In this document: in pieces, positions 1 to 9,790 of the stretch
Layout of the letters: every line of letters begins with the position of its first letter
How positions within the stretch are numbered: the first letter of the stretch is position 1
Sequence record: MN106245.1
Direction: 5' to 3' (one strand)
DNA length: 64,000 nucleotides
Source of the DNA: Klebsiella phage EI
The notes under the pieces: generated by a model
The model's database searches: none
Told to the model about the DNA's origin: nothing
What the model saw: only the letters and a program-made list of their open reading frames with translations
Position numbers and translations under genes: made by a program

Positions 1-28
1 TGTTCATAGTATACTTATACCTTATCAA

Positions 29-226
29 TTAATCAATGTAGTCTTCAAGGAACCATGCAGAATGTCTGTTTGACATGATGCGATTATAATCTGTTTCTTT
101 AAAAGCATTTTTAATCATTTGTTCAGTAACGATATGTTCATCGCCACTGAACGCGTTTGTAAGCCTGAAACGTTTCACTTCAGGCCAGGCCAGCAACCAC
201 TGGCCTGTAATTGCATCTTCATTCAT
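29..226 (-). CDS. hypothetical small protein downstream of gene 46
   Basis: 65 aa ORF, same strand, abuts gp46 stop. Confidence 0.4.
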   Translation of the reverse strand: MNEDAITGQWLLAWPEVKRFRLTNAFSGDEHIVTEQMIKNAFKETDYNRIMSNRHSAWFLEDYID

Positions 227-1905
227 TCCATCACCGTAAAACGACCAACTTTCTTCATCTGTAGATGCTGGCCGTAAGCTTGTGGGTCATGGTCTCGGTG
301 ACTGATAATAAACACATTAACATCAGCCATAGTATTCAGTATAGAACCTATAGATTTTATACCTTCAGCATCCGCGGCAGAGTCAAAAATCTCATCGAGG
401 AAAAGACAGTTTATTTTAACACCGGATACCTTTTCGGCAATATCACGCCAGGTAAACAACAAGGCTATATCAATACGTGCTTTTTCACCTTGACTAAATG
501 ACGCATAACTAAATTCTTCTCGACCTCTAGACTTAATAGTCTCAGAGAACTCTTCATTCAGTGTGAATGAGTAATCAGCTTCCATTACTTTCAAATACTG
601 ATTAATATGTTTATTAAACAGTGGGATATATTTCTTGATAATAGCGCCTTTAATGCCAGTATCTTTCAACATGTCAGTGAGAATACCACGGTGATATTTT
701 TCCATCACTAACTTAGTTTTCTCGGCCACCATTTTATCTAGTTCTACTTGGAGCAAAGCAATCTCTGAAGCGTGGTCAATGAATTCTGAAGCCGCTTGGT
801 CTAGAGCCGCTTTAACCTTCTTAGCTTTCTCAACCGTGGATACTAACGCCTGTTTCTTAGAGCGAATATCTTGGGCGAGAGATTGCTGGGTCCTAACATT
901 AGCTTCGTATTCGGCGACTAGCGTCTCCAGTGACTCTCTGTGGGCTTCTAAACTAGCGGCTGATGATTCACATTCATGAACCTTATCCGCTATCTTAGTG
1001 ACAACAGGATCGCCTGGGTGCAGTAAGCTCATACAGCTAGGACATTCGCCACCAGCATGATACATTTTAACAACTTTATTGAAAGAATTTATCTTACTCT
1101 GTAAGGTTGCAGTTTTCTGCTGAATCTCTTGCAGTGCAATTCTAGGGTCTTCATCTAAAACGATATCAGCTAAACGTGTAGCAGATTTTTCGATATCAGA
1201 TTTAATTTGACGAGCTTCAGAAGCAAGGTCATCATACATAGATTGCAAACGAGCCACATTTTCGCCGGATAGTTTCTTTTGGCGTTCTACGTTATCGTTA
1301 TAGATTTTAATCTGTTGAATGATGCCTTCTTGGCGGGCATCTATAACTTGGACTTGTGAGTTAATCTCACGGATTGAACTCTTATTTAGCTTATCCATAT
1401 CTGCTAGTAGAGATACTTCAAGAAGGTCTTCAACTAGTTTTCTTCGAGCTGGAGTTGATAGGCCCATGAATGGAGTATAGCCGGCAGTTCCAAGTACGAC
1501 AATTTGCTTAAAAGATGAATACGTCATTCCAATAAGCTCTTCGAAGTAAGCCTGGAAATCCTTTGAACTTGCGCTTTCGTCAAGTTTATCACCGTCTCGT
1601 ACAATTTCAAAAATATTAGGCTTCTGACCACGCTTGATGTGGAATGTGTGCCCGTCGTACTCCATCCAGAGTTCAACAACCAGATTCTTCTTATTGAAGG
1701 AATTAATTAACTGGCCTTTCTTGATATCACGGAAAGGTTTGCCGAATAAAGCAAATGTGATAGCTTCGAGCATAGTACTCTTACCGCCGCCATTTTTACC
1801 TGTAATTAACGTCTTATGGCATTTATCAAGTTGGATATCGATAGGTGCCTGACCTACCGACATAATGTTTTGGTACTTGACCCTATTTAACTTAAAAACT
1901 TTCAT
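223..1905 (-). CDS. 46: recombination endonuclease subunit gp46 (Rad50/SbcC-like ATPase)
   Basis: 560 aa, Walker A GKNGGGKST, long coiled-coil, near-collinear with remembered T4 gp46 sequence. Confidence 0.95.
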   Translation of the reverse strand: MKVFKLNRVKYQNIMSVGQAPIDIQLDKCHKTLITGKNGGGKSTMLEAITFALFGKPFRDIKKGQLINSFNKKNLVVELWMEYDGHTFHIKRGQKPNIFEIVRDGDKLDESASSKDFQAYFEELIGMTYSSFKQIVVLGTAGYTPFMGLSTPARRKLVEDLLEVSLLADMDKLNKSSIREINSQVQVIDARQEGIIQQIKIYNDNVERQKKLSGENVARLQSMYDDLASEARQIKSDIEKSATRLADIVLDEDPRIALQEIQQKTATLQSKINSFNKVVKMYHAGGECPSCMSLLHPGDPVVTKIADKVHECESSAASLEAHRESLETLVAEYEANVRTQQSLAQDIRSKKQALVSTVEKAKKVKAALDQAASEFIDHASEIALLQVELDKMVAEKTKLVMEKYHRGILTDMLKDTGIKGAIIKKYIPLFNKHINQYLKVMEADYSFTLNEEFSETIKSRGREEFSYASFSQGEKARIDIALLFTWRDIAEKVSGVKINCLFLDEIFDSAADAEGIKSIGSILNTMADVNVFIISHRDHDPQAYGQHLQMKKVGRFTVME

Positions 1906-2924
1906 GCACTGGCCTCGATATACAGTTGAGTAGCTAATGCTTTAAGAGCATCGATGTCATCTTGAGATGTCGCGTCAGGAAGAGCTTCAATATATTCCAT
2001 CATCATATCAAGCAGACCCACTACTTCTTCTTCGTCGGCTTCTTCAGTGTCAACAGAGTTATCTACTTTAGAAACTGTGCGAAGTTCATGAACTACTTTT
2101 TCAAGCTCACTTTCGAAGGCTGGTAGTTTATCGTCTACCTTGGTAATAACTACACGAACTGCTAGATTTTTAAATTCATTTGCATTAAATGGCCCTGTTA
2201 CAGGGTAGAAGATTTTCCTGTGCCATGTTGTTTCGTTAGGGATGAAATCAAATGTTTGTAGCCGAGTGTCTTGAACCCAGAATCCTCGCGGGTCGTTCTC
2301 GTCACCCGCTGTAAGCGTCCAAGGCGTTCCGATGTACTTAACGTTTGCTGCGCTTGATATTGTGTGGAAGTGCCCAGACCATACTTGTTTGTACTTTTTG
2401 AGGAAATCTGGTTCGAGCCCATGAGATTTCATACCTTTATAAAAATAGAAGCCATTTAGCTCCCAGTGACCAATACAGTATTCAGCGCTAGACTGCTTGA
2501 TATGGTCCATGATTTGAGTTGTGTTTTCATCGCACATCCATGGAATCAAATCAATCAGGGTTCCATCGAAGTCTAAAGTCGTAGGCTTTTCAATAACCGT
2601 AACGTTATCGTATTTTCCCATTACTTCTTGAGCCGCGTTAGGAGTTAGAGTATTTTTATAGTGGCAGTCATGGTTCCCAACAATTGTAATAAGCTTAATA
2701 TTAGCATCATCAAGCTCTTTAATAATTTGTCGAGCAAACTCCATACACTTGTGAGTAATTGCTTTACGGACGTCAAAGATATCGCCGTATTGGATGATTG
2801 TGTCAATACCATTATCTTTAGCGTATTGAATATGGTCTCTGATGCCTTTCAATTGTATTTCTTGGACCCATGGGTCGTCAGCTTTAACACCTAAGTGCCA
2901 ATCGCCGCTATGAATTATTTTCAT
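1902..2924 (-). CDS. 47: recombination endonuclease subunit gp47 (Mre11/SbcD-like phosphoesterase)
   Basis: MKIIHSGDWHLG and GNHD phosphoesterase motifs; ORF opens at 3005 but likely start is the MKIIH Met; overlaps gp46 start by 4 nt. Confidence 0.92.
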   Translation of the reverse strand: MKIIHSGDWHLGVKADDPWVQEIQLKGIRDHIQYAKDNGIDTIIQYGDIFDVRKAITHKCMEFARQIIKELDDANIKLITIVGNHDCHYKNTLTPNAAQEVMGKYDNVTVIEKPTTLDFDGTLIDLIPWMCDENTTQIMDHIKQSSAEYCIGHWELNGFYFYKGMKSHGLEPDFLKKYKQVWSGHFHTISSAANVKYIGTPWTLTAGDENDPRGFWVQDTRLQTFDFIPNETTWHRKIFYPVTGPFNANEFKNLAVRVVITKVDDKLPAFESELEKVVHELRTVSKVDNSVDTEEADEEEVVGLLDMMMEYIEALPDATSQDDIDALKALATQLYIEASA

Positions 2925-3525
2925 TTCGAATTCGTTCCCACATTTTAGTAGCTGCTGCAGAAGCAGAGCCTGGAAGTTTACCTTTAACCCACCCATCAGG
3001 AACATTATCAGGATGAATCATCTTATGTTCTATTCCGTTATTATACCACTTCTTACCCTTATTGTGGCAAGATGCTTTATACTTCGGAGAACGGCCTTCT
3101 ATAAATCCTTCTGGGATAAATGGTGCAAACGACTGTTCTAAAGTTTCAGGATGATAAGAATGGATATTACCAGAACCGTTATGGCTTCCATATAGAGGGT
3201 GCTTTTCTTTAGAAACATCTCTCCCAAAACAACCGTTAGGTACAGCAAAAGACATATTCATGAAAAGAGGAGAACGAACTACGTCATGAAGTTTTTGATA
3301 GTGCAACTCATTTGCAATAGCTTCTTGCCTGGTTTCAAATTGCTCTAAAAGAATTGTATCGAATAATTCAGGATGCTCTTCTTTCTCTTTATCATAAATT
3401 TCTTTGTATGCTTTAGAAATAACAGTACCGGTATAGCCTTCCATATGTTTCTTTAAGGAAGAAGAGCCAATGTAGAAAGGAGGGAGTTTATCTCCAGAAT
3501 AAATTGTTAGATAAGTTATATACAT
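2908..3525 (-). CDS. putative GIY-YIG (Seg-like) homing endonuclease
   Basis: N-terminal IYSG...YIGSS motif, C-terminal WYNNGIEHKMI..PDGWVKG NUMOD-like DNA-binding motif; sits where T4 has alpha-gt. Confidence 0.5.
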   Translation of the reverse strand: MYITYLTIYSGDKLPPFYIGSSSLKKHMEGYTGTVISKAYKEIYDKEKEEHPELFDTILLEQFETRQEAIANELHYQKLHDVVRSPLFMNMSFAVPNGCFGRDVSKEKHPLYGSHNGSGNIHSYHPETLEQSFAPFIPEGFIEGRSPKYKASCHNKGKKWYNNGIEHKMIHPDNVPDGWVKGKLPGSASAAATKMWERIRNENNS

Positions 3526-3536
3526 AGTTACCCTAA

Positions 3537-3560
3537 AAGGGCCGAAGCCCTTTAAATTTT
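3537..3560 (-). terminator. rho-independent terminator hairpin (GGGCCGAAGCCC stem)
   Basis: aagggccgaagcccttt followed by T-run on minus strand. Confidence 0.5.
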
Positions 3561-3740
3561 ACGATACGTGATAGTACCTTCAGCTTTAGCTTTATCGTAA
3601 GCGAAATTGAACCGGTTAATCATTTCATTCTTATCGCTACGAATCTTTGCATAATCAATTGCTTTTTCCAAAGCTTCAGGAGAATACATAGCCCCGTTAC
3701 GAGATAATGTATTCGCTTTAGCTATTACAGCTTCCATCAA
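3552..3740 (-). CDS. hypothetical small protein
   Basis: 62 aa ORF followed by hairpin terminator. Confidence 0.4.
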   Translation of the reverse strand: MMEAVIAKANTLSRNGAMYSPEALEKAIDYAKIRSDKNEMINRFNFAYDKAKAEGTITYRKI

Positions 3741-3822
3741 CCTTCACCGAAGCCGACCTTGGTTTCTACAACGCCAAGATCGTCTACATCATGGATAAAG
3801 TATTCAGAAGAATCAGGTTCTC

Positions 3823-4020
3823 TTACCATTTATACCACCTTTTAATTTGTGCAGTGTCAGCCCATACAAGCTCTTTCGGATCAGCTTTAATAATCACCCC
3901 TGTTGAGCCTAGAATGCGATAGTGCGTTTCTGATATTTTAACAGCCATAGTACCATTAGCTATAGACAGAGTGAATCCTGCGTTAACCTGCAAACGTTTA
4001 AATTTTACCTGCTTGATCAT
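3823..4020 (-). CDS. hypothetical small protein
   Basis: 65 aa ORF in minus-strand gene train. Confidence 0.35.
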   Translation of the reverse strand: MIKQVKFKRLQVNAGFTLSIANGTMAVKISETHYRILGSTGVIIKADPKELVWADTAQIKRWYKW

Positions 4021-4366
4021 TGATAATGTCCCAAATGATTTTGCGAGAGGTCTGCCAACCGGTCAGAATAATCTCATCAGTGTATGGTTGGCGTAAGATG
4101 TCACGAGATTTCTCGATAGCATACTTATACGCCGGGAAGTTATTGTCAAGAACAGCTACTTGAGCGTGTTTATACAAACGGTCAAGTTCATGACGGTTCT
4201 TACGGTAAATTTTATTAGCTTTTGCCTGCGCCTGACTTTCAGCAATAGCTTGCTGAGCCAGAATCGCTTCTTCAATTTCGTCCTTCTTGACACCACGTTT
4301 TTCTAGTGCTTCAGTGATGCTATCAATTTCAATCTCAGTCATTTTATACCTTAGGAATGTAATCAA
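3998..4366 (-). CDS. hypothetical protein
   Basis: 122 aa ORF overlapping neighbours by short junctions. Confidence 0.45.
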   Translation of the reverse strand: MITFLRYKMTEIEIDSITEALEKRGVKKDEIEEAILAQQAIAESQAQAKANKIYRKNRHELDRLYKHAQVAVLDNNFPAYKYAIEKSRDILRQPYTDEIILTGWQTSRKIIWDIINDQAGKI

Positions 4367-4601
4367 TTACTACGCTAAATCCGTCATCAGAAACATTATA
4401 CTGATGGTTAATTAAAGCAGTTTCGGATGTGATATCCGTATCGTGTGGGTTCTTAGGGTCAATGTGAATATCAAGGTCAAGTATTTCCCTTAGATACATT
4501 TTAAGCAAATAAGGGATAGCATCTTGGTCTTGCACTTCTTCTAAAAATCCTTCGAGGTTAATCTTGAGCCTCATATAAAAATTCCAATTCATTACCTTCA
4601 A
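4344..4601 (-). CDS. hypothetical protein
   Basis: 85 aa ORF immediately downstream of gene 55. Confidence 0.4.
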   Translation of the reverse strand: MKVMNWNFYMRLKINLEGFLEEVQDQDAIPYLLKMYLREILDLDIHIDPKNPHDTDITSETALINHQYNVSDDGFSVVIDYIPKV

Positions 4602-5127
4602 CTACCGGTTCACTCTTTTTATCAGACCCAGGTGCCTTGTATGCTGAGGTTTCGTATTGCGTCATTTTATCGTAGATGTCCTGAATAAAGGTTTCATCTG
4701 CTAACGCAACCATATCATCGTCACGACTATCATAAACGTTGTGAACGAAGTAGCTATATTTCTTTGCCATTTCTTTGCGTTCTTTTTTGATACGCTGGAC
4801 GAAGGCATTAAAACAAGCCATTGTAATATATGCATGAGGGTTGGTGTATTTGGTTTCGTCGAAGTTATGAAGACCTTTAATTGCGGCTTCAATACCGTCT
4901 GCAATCATTTCTTGCTTCCAAGACTGGGTATATCCTGAGAAGTTGAATCGTTTGCTCAGACCTTCGGCTATTAACATGATGGCAAGGCCAATCGTGTCAT
5001 TTTGTCGCGCTTTAGTCCCTTCGGGAGCATTTCTAACCTGTTCCTTCCAAGCACAAATAGCTTTGTACAACTCCTTATTATTTACGTAATCACTCATAAT
5101 TGGCCTCATCAAATAGTATATATTCAT
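4558..5127 (-). CDS. 55: late-transcription sigma factor gp55
   Basis: 189 aa; [17 protein letters not shown] region matches remembered T4 gp55 N-terminus; correct synteny. Confidence 0.9.
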   Translation of the reverse strand: MNIYYLMRPIMSDYVNNKELYKAICAWKEQVRNAPEGTKARQNDTIGLAIMLIAEGLSKRFNFSGYTQSWKQEMIADGIEAAIKGLHNFDETKYTNPHAYITMACFNAFVQRIKKERKEMAKKYSYFVHNVYDSRDDDMVALADETFIQDIYDKMTQYETSAYKAPGSDKKSEPVVEGNELEFLYEAQD

Positions 5128-5163
5128 TATATCATCGGATGCGAAGAGGCCGCTTAAAGCATA

Positions 5164-5430
5164 TTACAGCTTACGAAGAATGCAGTACATTTCAAATAAA
5201 CGTTCACAGATACTAAGGAACTGTTCATAGTTTAAAGAAAAAGTTATTCCGTTTTCTTGTTGGTATTGTACCAAGCCTTTATATAAGCGTTGATAATGGC
5301 TGTGGTTCAGTTCAGACACGTGGAAATTATACGAATCATCTGATGCATCACCAAATGGTAAATAATACACACCCATGTAACTATCTACAATAAAATGTTC
5401 ATCGTTAGCAATCAAAGTTAAGCTGTTCAT
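5164..5430 (-). CDS. hypothetical protein
   Basis: 88 aa ORF. Confidence 0.4.
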   Translation of the reverse strand: MNSLTLIANDEHFIVDSYMGVYYLPFGDASDDSYNFHVSELNHSHYQRLYKGLVQYQQENGITFSLNYEQFLSICERLFEMYCILRKL

Positions 5431-5702
5431 AACATACCATAGATTTCAGAGAATTTACGAATCATGAATTTCCAGTCCAGAACAGTTATTGCATATTCAG
5501 TATCAGGGTTTTCTTCATGAAGATAATCTAAAAGTTCTTTTAAAGATTCAGCGAACTCAGCATCTAGCATCTCATAGATGTCCATAACGTTGCGTTGCCA
5601 ATTCCCACACATCAGTTCGCCATCTTCAAATATTGTGAACTTTAATCCAAGGTTCTCAAAATAATAATCAACGTAATCCATCAGCGTAGATTCCTTGCAC
5701 AT
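5427..5702 (-). CDS. hypothetical protein
   Basis: 91 aa acidic ORF, 4-nt overlap with neighbour. Confidence 0.4.
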   Translation of the reverse strand: MCKESTLMDYVDYYFENLGLKFTIFEDGELMCGNWQRNVMDIYEMLDAEFAESLKELLDYLHEENPDTEYAITVLDWKFMIRKFSEIYGML

Positions 5703-5905
5703 TCATGAGCGTGTTCAAATACACCGAAAGCGTCAACAGAAATAAATGTATCTGAAGAAGTGTATTCGTATACCCACCAGGCATCAAAGTCTTCTTCAAT
5801 GAGCCAATCGATACCATTGGATGAACCTTCAATCAAAACACGCCCATCTTCGGTATGACTTATCAGATAACCAAGGTATCCGAGTTCAGCTAGTTGTTCT
5901 TCAGT
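5681..5905 (-). CDS. hypothetical protein (start refined to internal Met)
   Basis: ORF 5681-5989 overlaps next gene; MTEEQLAELGY start more plausible. Confidence 0.35.
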   Translation of the reverse strand, partial: TEEQLAELGYLGYLISHTEDGRVLIEGSSNGIDWLIEEDFDAWWVYEYTSSDTFISVDAFGVFEHAHECARNLR

Positions 5906-6182
5906 CATTAAGATAATCCTCAAGCTCTTTAAGTGTAAGACCTTCGGTCCAGCTTTTACTAAGACCTGAATAATCAGGGTGGTCCGCACTCATCATATAG
6001 AATCGGCACTTAACCGGAAGCCCGTGTTCTTTGTGCGTGAGACCAGATGTATGCAGGTTAACGTATCGTTGAACCATTATGATAGAAGCATAGCTATCAA
6101 CTAAATAAGGTTCACCGTTTCTTAGTTCTAAGATACGGAATCGTACACGTTTCGGGCAGCCTCGTTGATTAAGAACAATCAT
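5901..6182 (-). CDS. hypothetical protein
   Basis: 93 aa ORF. Confidence 0.4.
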   Translation of the reverse strand: MIVLNQRGCPKRVRFRILELRNGEPYLVDSYASIIMVQRYVNLHTSGLTHKEHGLPVKCRFYMMSADHPDYSGLSKSWTEGLTLKELEDYLND

Positions 6183-6511
6183 TTTGCCGCCTTAACGATC
6201 TTCAGATCGTTGAAACCTTTTTTACGCTGATTTTTCATTTTACGAATACAGGTATCAGAAATTTCGCCGGCTTTCTTGACAACTGACTGGACACCAAAAG
6301 CATCAATATCAAATTCGTCAATGATATAGCAGACTAGTAGTTCACGAATACGAGCTTTACCAATTTTCTGCTCATTTTCAACCATAGTTCCGTGAAGGTC
6401 TTTTTCCCACTGATCTAAAATTTCAGGAGTAACAATGCCACCCTTCTTACGGATTTCTTCGACTTTGTCAAAAGCAAAAGAGTGCAGAACATTTTTGATA
6501 GCCTGAGACAT
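6179..6511 (-). CDS. hypothetical protein
   Basis: 110 aa ORF. Confidence 0.4.
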   Translation of the reverse strand: MSQAIKNVLHSFAFDKVEEIRKKGGIVTPEILDQWEKDLHGTMVENEQKIGKARIRELLVCYIIDEFDIDAFGVQSVVKKAGEISDTCIRKMKNQRKKGFNDLKIVKAAK

Positions 6512-6583
6512 AGTATTTTCCTCTGTGGTTTAAATTTTATTATCCAAGGAGGACATTATACTAGGTCCTCACGAGTTCTTAAA

Positions 6584-6868
6584 TTACGAGTGTTGCCAGC
6601 CTTCGTTGGCTTTGCGAGCGTAGTATTTGTCAGTTTTGAGTTCAGTTTCAGAATCGTAGTTCAGTTTCAGACGACGTTTGTCGGCCCGTGCATAGCGATT
6701 CTGATCTTCTTTAACTGCAGAGTCCAGGCCTTTCCACCGCTTAGGCTTATCAGAGTGGAAGATGTTATCTGCCACAGTTTCATCAGAGATGCCTGCTGGA
6801 GCCTGACGGCGCCCTGACCAGTATTCACCTTTCGATTTGATATCTTTACGACGGTATGTTTTACCCAT
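6584..6868 (-). CDS. hypothetical basic protein
   Basis: 94 aa, very Lys/Arg rich. Confidence 0.4.
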   Translation of the reverse strand: MGKTYRRKDIKSKGEYWSGRRQAPAGISDETVADNIFHSDKPKRWKGLDSAVKEDQNRYARADKRRLKLNYDSETELKTDKYYARKANEGWQHS

Positions 6869-7176
6869 TAAAATATTTCCAAATGTTGATTAATTACACT
6901 AGCCATATGCGAAGCTTCATCTTCAGTTATTTTAACGCCGATTTCTTTAAGCTTAGTTTGAAGATGGACGTATTGACCCTTTTTAATAAAGCATACTTTT
7001 GAACCAATAGAGAATTCAATCTGGATTCGGCCTAGTTCAGCAGTGGGCCACATAGTGATGAACATAACTTTGCATTCATCAACGATACAACGAATAATTA
7101 CCTTTGCATCTTCAATTTTAATCATTAGATTAACCCCAATACTAAACGGCCGATCTCGTTTCGCTCGTAATCGCAC
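6868..7176 (-). CDS. hypothetical protein
   Basis: 102 aa ORF. Confidence 0.4.
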   Translation of the reverse strand: MRLRAKRDRPFSIGVNLMIKIEDAKVIIRCIVDECKVMFITMWPTAELGRIQIEFSIGSKVCFIKKGQYVHLQTKLKEIGVKITEDEASHMASVINQHLEIF

Positions 7177-7382
7177 ATCTCAGGAATCAAAGCAACCACG
7201 GCATTAATCGCTTTGCCAACATGAGCTTTAGCAGCCATGGTATTGCACTCAGTACACTTCCCACGACTACGGAAGAAGATTGTAGAACCGCGAACCTCGA
7301 TCATAAGGTCCTGAGTATACCCGTTTGAAACTTCGACTTGCACGTGAGCAATGATGTGGCGTTGGATTTCGACAGTTTTCAC
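7125..7382 (-). CDS. hypothetical protein
   Basis: 85 aa ORF directly downstream of early-promoter module. Confidence 0.4.
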   Translation of the reverse strand: MKTVEIQRHIIAHVQVEVSNGYTQDLMIEVRGSTIFFRSRGKCTECNTMAAKAHVGKAINAVVALIPEMCDYERNEIGRLVLGLI

Positions 7383-7402
7383 ATTGTATCTCCGTTGTTA
7401 GT

Positions 7403-7441
7403 GTAGGAGTATACTAACATGACTAAAGGGCGTTGTAAACA
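7403..7441 (-). promoter_or_regulatory. early-promoter-like module (GTTTAC -35 / TAGTAT -10 on minus strand, dyad flanked)
   Basis: member of recurring intergenic motif ...tgtaggagtatacta...ttgtaaac. Confidence 0.5.
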
Positions 7442-7443
7442 CC

Positions 7444-7749
7444 CTAATCTTCAATTAAATCTCGGTCATAGCCTTTGTCAATAAGGAACTGCTGGAAATC
7501 TTTAAGAGATGGGATGAACTGATTATCTACAAAGATAACAGGATACTTGATAGAGAGTGAAGGGAATTGGCCTAGACGTTTAGCCAGAGATTCGATGAGT
7601 GGTTTATCATAAACAGGCCCGGTGTCACCAGGACTTATTACGTCGATAAAAGTATATTCAACGTTCAAAGAGGCCAAAAGGCCTCTTATCCAATGACATC
7701 CAGGACATCTCCAGACTTGTTCTGGGATGCCGTAGATTTCTATATTCAT
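7444..7749 (-). CDS. nrdH: glutaredoxin-like protein NrdH
   Basis: 101 aa, CPGC redox motif, synteny with T4 nrdH. Confidence 0.75.
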   Translation of the reverse strand: MNIEIYGIPEQVWRCPGCHWIRGLLASLNVEYTFIDVISPGDTGPVYDKPLIESLAKRLGQFPSLSIKYPVIFVDNQFIPSLKDFQQFLIDKGYDRDLIED

Positions 7750-7946
7750 TTGAAAAGCTTTTCAATCTTATTAGTAAGCTCTTCCATTCGACGAGTCATT
7801 TCTTCTTTAGAAACACTCGGTTGCTTAGTACCACGAATAGCTTCAGCAACCATAATCAGTGCAATGGCTGGGACTGCAACCAGTGCAGAGAAGAACAGAA
7901 CGATATAAACGATGATGTTTGCTACGATATCACGGAACTTAGTCAT
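7746..7946 (-). CDS. small membrane protein
   Basis: 66 aa, one hydrophobic helix. Confidence 0.4.
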   Translation of the reverse strand: MTKFRDIVANIIVYIVLFFSALVAVPAIALIMVAEAIRGTKQPSVSKEEMTRRMEELTNKIEKLFK

Positions 7947-8061
7947 TTTAATCCTTAGTAAGAGAAAAAGAACAGGAAGGAAAACATCGCTGGGAATTCA
8001 GAGCCGAAACGTAGAACAGTTTCATTGCCGCAGTCGATAAAGTCGTTCACAAAGTTCATAA

Positions 8062-8535
8062 TCATTTTAACGATTTCCTCAGTTGTTTTTTGAATGAAGC
8101 TTGAAGCTTCGTTTTAGTGTCGGATTCATTATATACAAATCCGGCTTTAAGCATTTCTTGAACCATCTCTTCTTTACTGAGACGTCCAAATTCTTTTGAC
8201 TTATCAGTCACATACTCTGGGTGGATGTTAGCTCCAGAGTAGTCTTTTTCGAGGTACGCCACTAATTCTTTCAACCAAACGAGGTAGTCGATATCTTGAC
8301 CTTTCAGACCTGAACGGTTGAACTTGTGTTTCATCATACCTTCGGTTACGTTACATAGATTGCAGAGCAATGCACGCACCTTACCAGCTTGAGGACCTGA
8401 TAAAGCATGGTCGTGGTCCAAGTGATTGGCTTGTACGTCATTATCTAGAGGGCGTTTACATAAAGGACATACACCGCCCTGCAAATCAAATAGTCTTTGT
8501 TTTTCTTCTTTGTAGAGTTTACCAGCCAATAACAT
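8062..8535 (-). CDS. 49: endonuclease VII (Holliday junction resolvase) gp49
   Basis: 157 aa; MLLAGKLYKEEKQ...CPLCKR...LCNLCN nearly collinear with remembered T4 endo VII. Confidence 0.92.
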   Translation of the reverse strand: MLLAGKLYKEEKQRLFDLQGGVCPLCKRPLDNDVQANHLDHDHALSGPQAGKVRALLCNLCNVTEGMMKHKFNRSGLKGQDIDYLVWLKELVAYLEKDYSGANIHPEYVTDKSKEFGRLSKEEMVQEMLKAGFVYNESDTKTKLQASFKKQLRKSLK

Positions 8536-8570
8536 AGATTCACCTCATAAGTAGATGAATCTATTTATTA

Positions 8571-9011
8571 TTAGAACGGTCTGTCAGAAAATCTCAACTG
8601 AGCTTCAAGCCACTTAATGTGTTCAATAGTAGCTTTAATTACATTTGCATCGTAATAGTTATACTCAGCGTCAAATTCCCTTTCAATACGTTTTAAGCGG
8701 TCAGGCAGATATTGCCCGTCAAAATAACCCGTGCTAGCTATAGAACCAAAAGATTCTGGCGGGATTTCTTTAATTTCGTCCATAGAGGCCGGGGCCCAAA
8801 GACACCAGAAAGATGAATCTACAGAATCGATATCAATAACGGTTCCGTCTTCTAAAATAATACTTTTAATGCCGTGGTGATGGCATGATTCTTCAGCACC
8901 AGTACGCAGAACCTTGAATTTGACGCCTACCTTCAGTTGTGGAAACAACACTGAAGTGCCGTAACCGTCTTCATTATCTTCTTTAACGATTTCAAAACAT
9001 TTACCGATCAT
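8571..9011 (-). CDS. hypothetical protein
   Basis: 146 aa ORF. Confidence 0.45.
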   Translation of the reverse strand: MIGKCFEIVKEDNEDGYGTSVLFPQLKVGVKFKVLRTGAEESCHHHGIKSIILEDGTVIDIDSVDSSFWCLWAPASMDEIKEIPPESFGSIASTGYFDGQYLPDRLKRIEREFDAEYNYYDANVIKATIEHIKWLEAQLRFSDRPF

Positions 9012-9127
9012 AGTAATCCTCTAAATCAAGTAGATCATTTACCGTAGGTTCATCATAACATGATTCAGACTCAGTGTAAACTGGTTCTTCAGGCTCGAGA
9101 GTTTCCCAACGAGCGCTGTACCATGGC

Positions 9128-9445
9128 TTACTCATCACGCCAATAGCTAGAAACTTCGAAGTCAGGACCGCCGTAATCCCATGACCAAGGGCCAACAGGA
9201 TCGTAGTCTACTTCACCTGTTTCTTTATTACGGATTTCTTTATAGTCGGCCGGTTCAAGACCCACGTATTGCCACTGAACTGTGTAAGCTACGCCTTTAA
9301 TAACAACTTCATTTTCGCCGTACGCGTTTTGGACGGCCCAGTCAATACCGAATTCGTTAGCGCGCTTGACCATGAATTCATAAAGCATCCATTCAAGGTC
9401 TTCTTCACCTTTGGCTTCATTTAAAACAATTATTTCATCTTTCAT
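9128..9445 (-). CDS. hypothetical protein
   Basis: 105 aa acidic ORF. Confidence 0.4.
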   Translation of the reverse strand: MKDEIIVLNEAKGEEDLEWMLYEFMVKRANEFGIDWAVQNAYGENEVVIKGVAYTVQWQYVGLEPADYKEIRNKETGEVDYDPVGPWSWDYGGPDFEVSSYWRDE

Positions 9446-9630
9446 AGTGATTCCATAAATTCACAAAGTTCTTCACGAACTACAGTATCAGACCAACCCC
9501 ATTGTTTGGCTTCATCTTTAATAGACTGTGGACAATGGAAGAACACTGTACCGACCTTATGGTCGGTTTCCAGTTCACAGTTAAGAAAATCTACTGTATC
9601 TTTAAATTCGGCAAATTCTAGATCATTCAT
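9442..9630 (-). CDS. hypothetical small protein
   Basis: 62 aa ORF, 4-nt overlap. Confidence 0.35.
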   Translation of the reverse strand: MNDLEFAEFKDTVDFLNCELETDHKVGTVFFHCPQSIKDEAKQWGWSDTVVREELCEFMESL

Positions 9631-9790
9631 TTGAAGTTCCAGAAAGAAGCGATGATTAAAGCAATTGGCCAGAACAAGAAGCCTGCGATGAAAACTGTGC
9701 CTTGAGCAGAGCCGTCATCTAAAGCAACTAGAGTTTTACCGTAGCCAATACCGATAACAAAATAAGCAATAAGAATTAAGAAAGCTATAG

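Noticed and set aside
265-2422. Plus-strand ORFs (265-501, 779-979, 1634-1852) and ORF 2198-2422 inside genes 46/47
   Set aside because: They are fully embedded in, or antisense to, well-supported gp46/gp47 coding sequence. Their composition is typical of shadow ORFs.
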